From an uncultured Anaerolineaceae bacterium (lineage in GTDB: Bacteria > Chloroflexota > Anaerolineae > Anaerolineales > Anaerolineaceae), in contig CAYRYL010000010.1 of NCBI GenBank assembly GCA_964428425.1, positions 31,346 to 55,345 on the forward strand: 24,000 bases of DNA. Reading direction: 5' to 3'. Position 1 is the first letter of the stretch, and each line of letters begins with the position of its first letter. Shown in pieces: positions 23,497-24,000 of the stretch. The notes beneath the pieces are model-generated. The model saw only the letters and a list, made by a program, of their open reading frames with translations. It searched no databases and was not told where the DNA came from. A program made the translations under genes and the position numbers.

Positions 23497-24000
23497 TTAA
23501 AAGTACTGTTTATCGGGTACGATACCCAGTCGGTGCGACTCTTCCCGAATCGATTCCCTGAAATCAGGATGTGCGATCTTGATCAAGGCTTCCATGCGCT
23601 TCTTTACCGAGAGCCCGCGCAACTGAGCGCTGCCATACTCCGTCACGATCGTATCCACATCCTGGCTGGGAACCGTCACGCCAGCCCCGGGTGCCAAGGT
23701 TGGAACAATAGTCGAAATGGTGCCGTTCTTGGCGGTCGAACGCAGGGCGATGATTCCTTTTCCGCCTTGTGACATTTGCGCGCCACGGTGGGTGTCGAGC
23801 TGCCCGCCCGTGCCGCTGAACTGGCGCGTGCCAAGGCTCTGGGAACAAACTTGCCCGAGCACGTCCACCTGGATAGCAGTATTGATGCTGATCATCTTGT
23901 AATTTTGGGCGATCACATAGGGGTTGTTTACATAACTTCCCCGCATTGTATAGACCGGAGACATAGGTAACAAGTGATCGGACACATAGGTTACACATTG
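23497..24000 (-). CDS. Acetyl-CoA hydrolase/transferase-family CoA-transferase, C-terminal ~167 aa (5' end beyond the right edge)
   Basis: 'INTAIQVDVLGQV...FSGTGGQLD' and 'TIVTEYGSAQLRGLS...RMEALIKIAHPDFRE' are typical of the C-terminal domain. The frame stays open from track start 23985 to 24000 (codons Q-C-V-T-Y), so the gene is truncated by the window. Confidence 0.85.
   Translation of the reverse strand, partial: QCVTYVSDHLLPMSPVYTMRGSYVNNPYVIAQNYKMISINTAIQVDVLGQVCSQSLGTRQFSGTGGQLDTHRGAQMSQGGKGIIALRSTAKNGTISTIVPTLAPGAGVTVPSQDVDTIVTEYGSAQLRGLSVKKRMEALIKIAHPDFRESIREESHRLGIVPDKQYF

Overview
The window is mostly ordinary bacterial chromosome. SD-like sites, Thr/Pro/Glu lipoprotein linkers and short GC-hairpin repeats suggest Chloroflexota/Anaerolineae, but that is a low-confidence inference. 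Left to right: (1) A 4062-nt minus-strand ORF missing from the supplied track because it has no stop in the window. It encodes a secreted multi-domain beta-helix/cohesin-like surface protein. (2) Its ~840-bp ORF-poor upstream region, with a promoter, mutually exclusive helices and an intrinsic terminator. (3) A small GIY-YIG nuclease gene set among three copies of a long-stem palindromic repeat (two intact 172-bp copies and one truncated). (4) A GPH/MFS symporter and an esterase. (5) A minus-strand arsenic-type operon: arsR, ArsP-like permease, DUF2703, thioredoxin-like protein and ACR3. (6) Three plus-strand genes: a membrane protein, a secreted protein and a PHP metallohydrolase. (7) A ~9-kb minus-strand operon joining a CoA-transferase, small protein, SCP-x-type thiolase, DUF35 protein and alpha/beta hydrolase to a Liv-type ABC transporter. 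No rRNA, tRNA or CRISPR array was found. The items most worth follow-up are the leader/attenuator of the surface-protein gene, the GIY-YIG repeat cluster and the Cys-Cys-rich ars accessory genes. Family names rest on motif recognition by eye; no database search was run.
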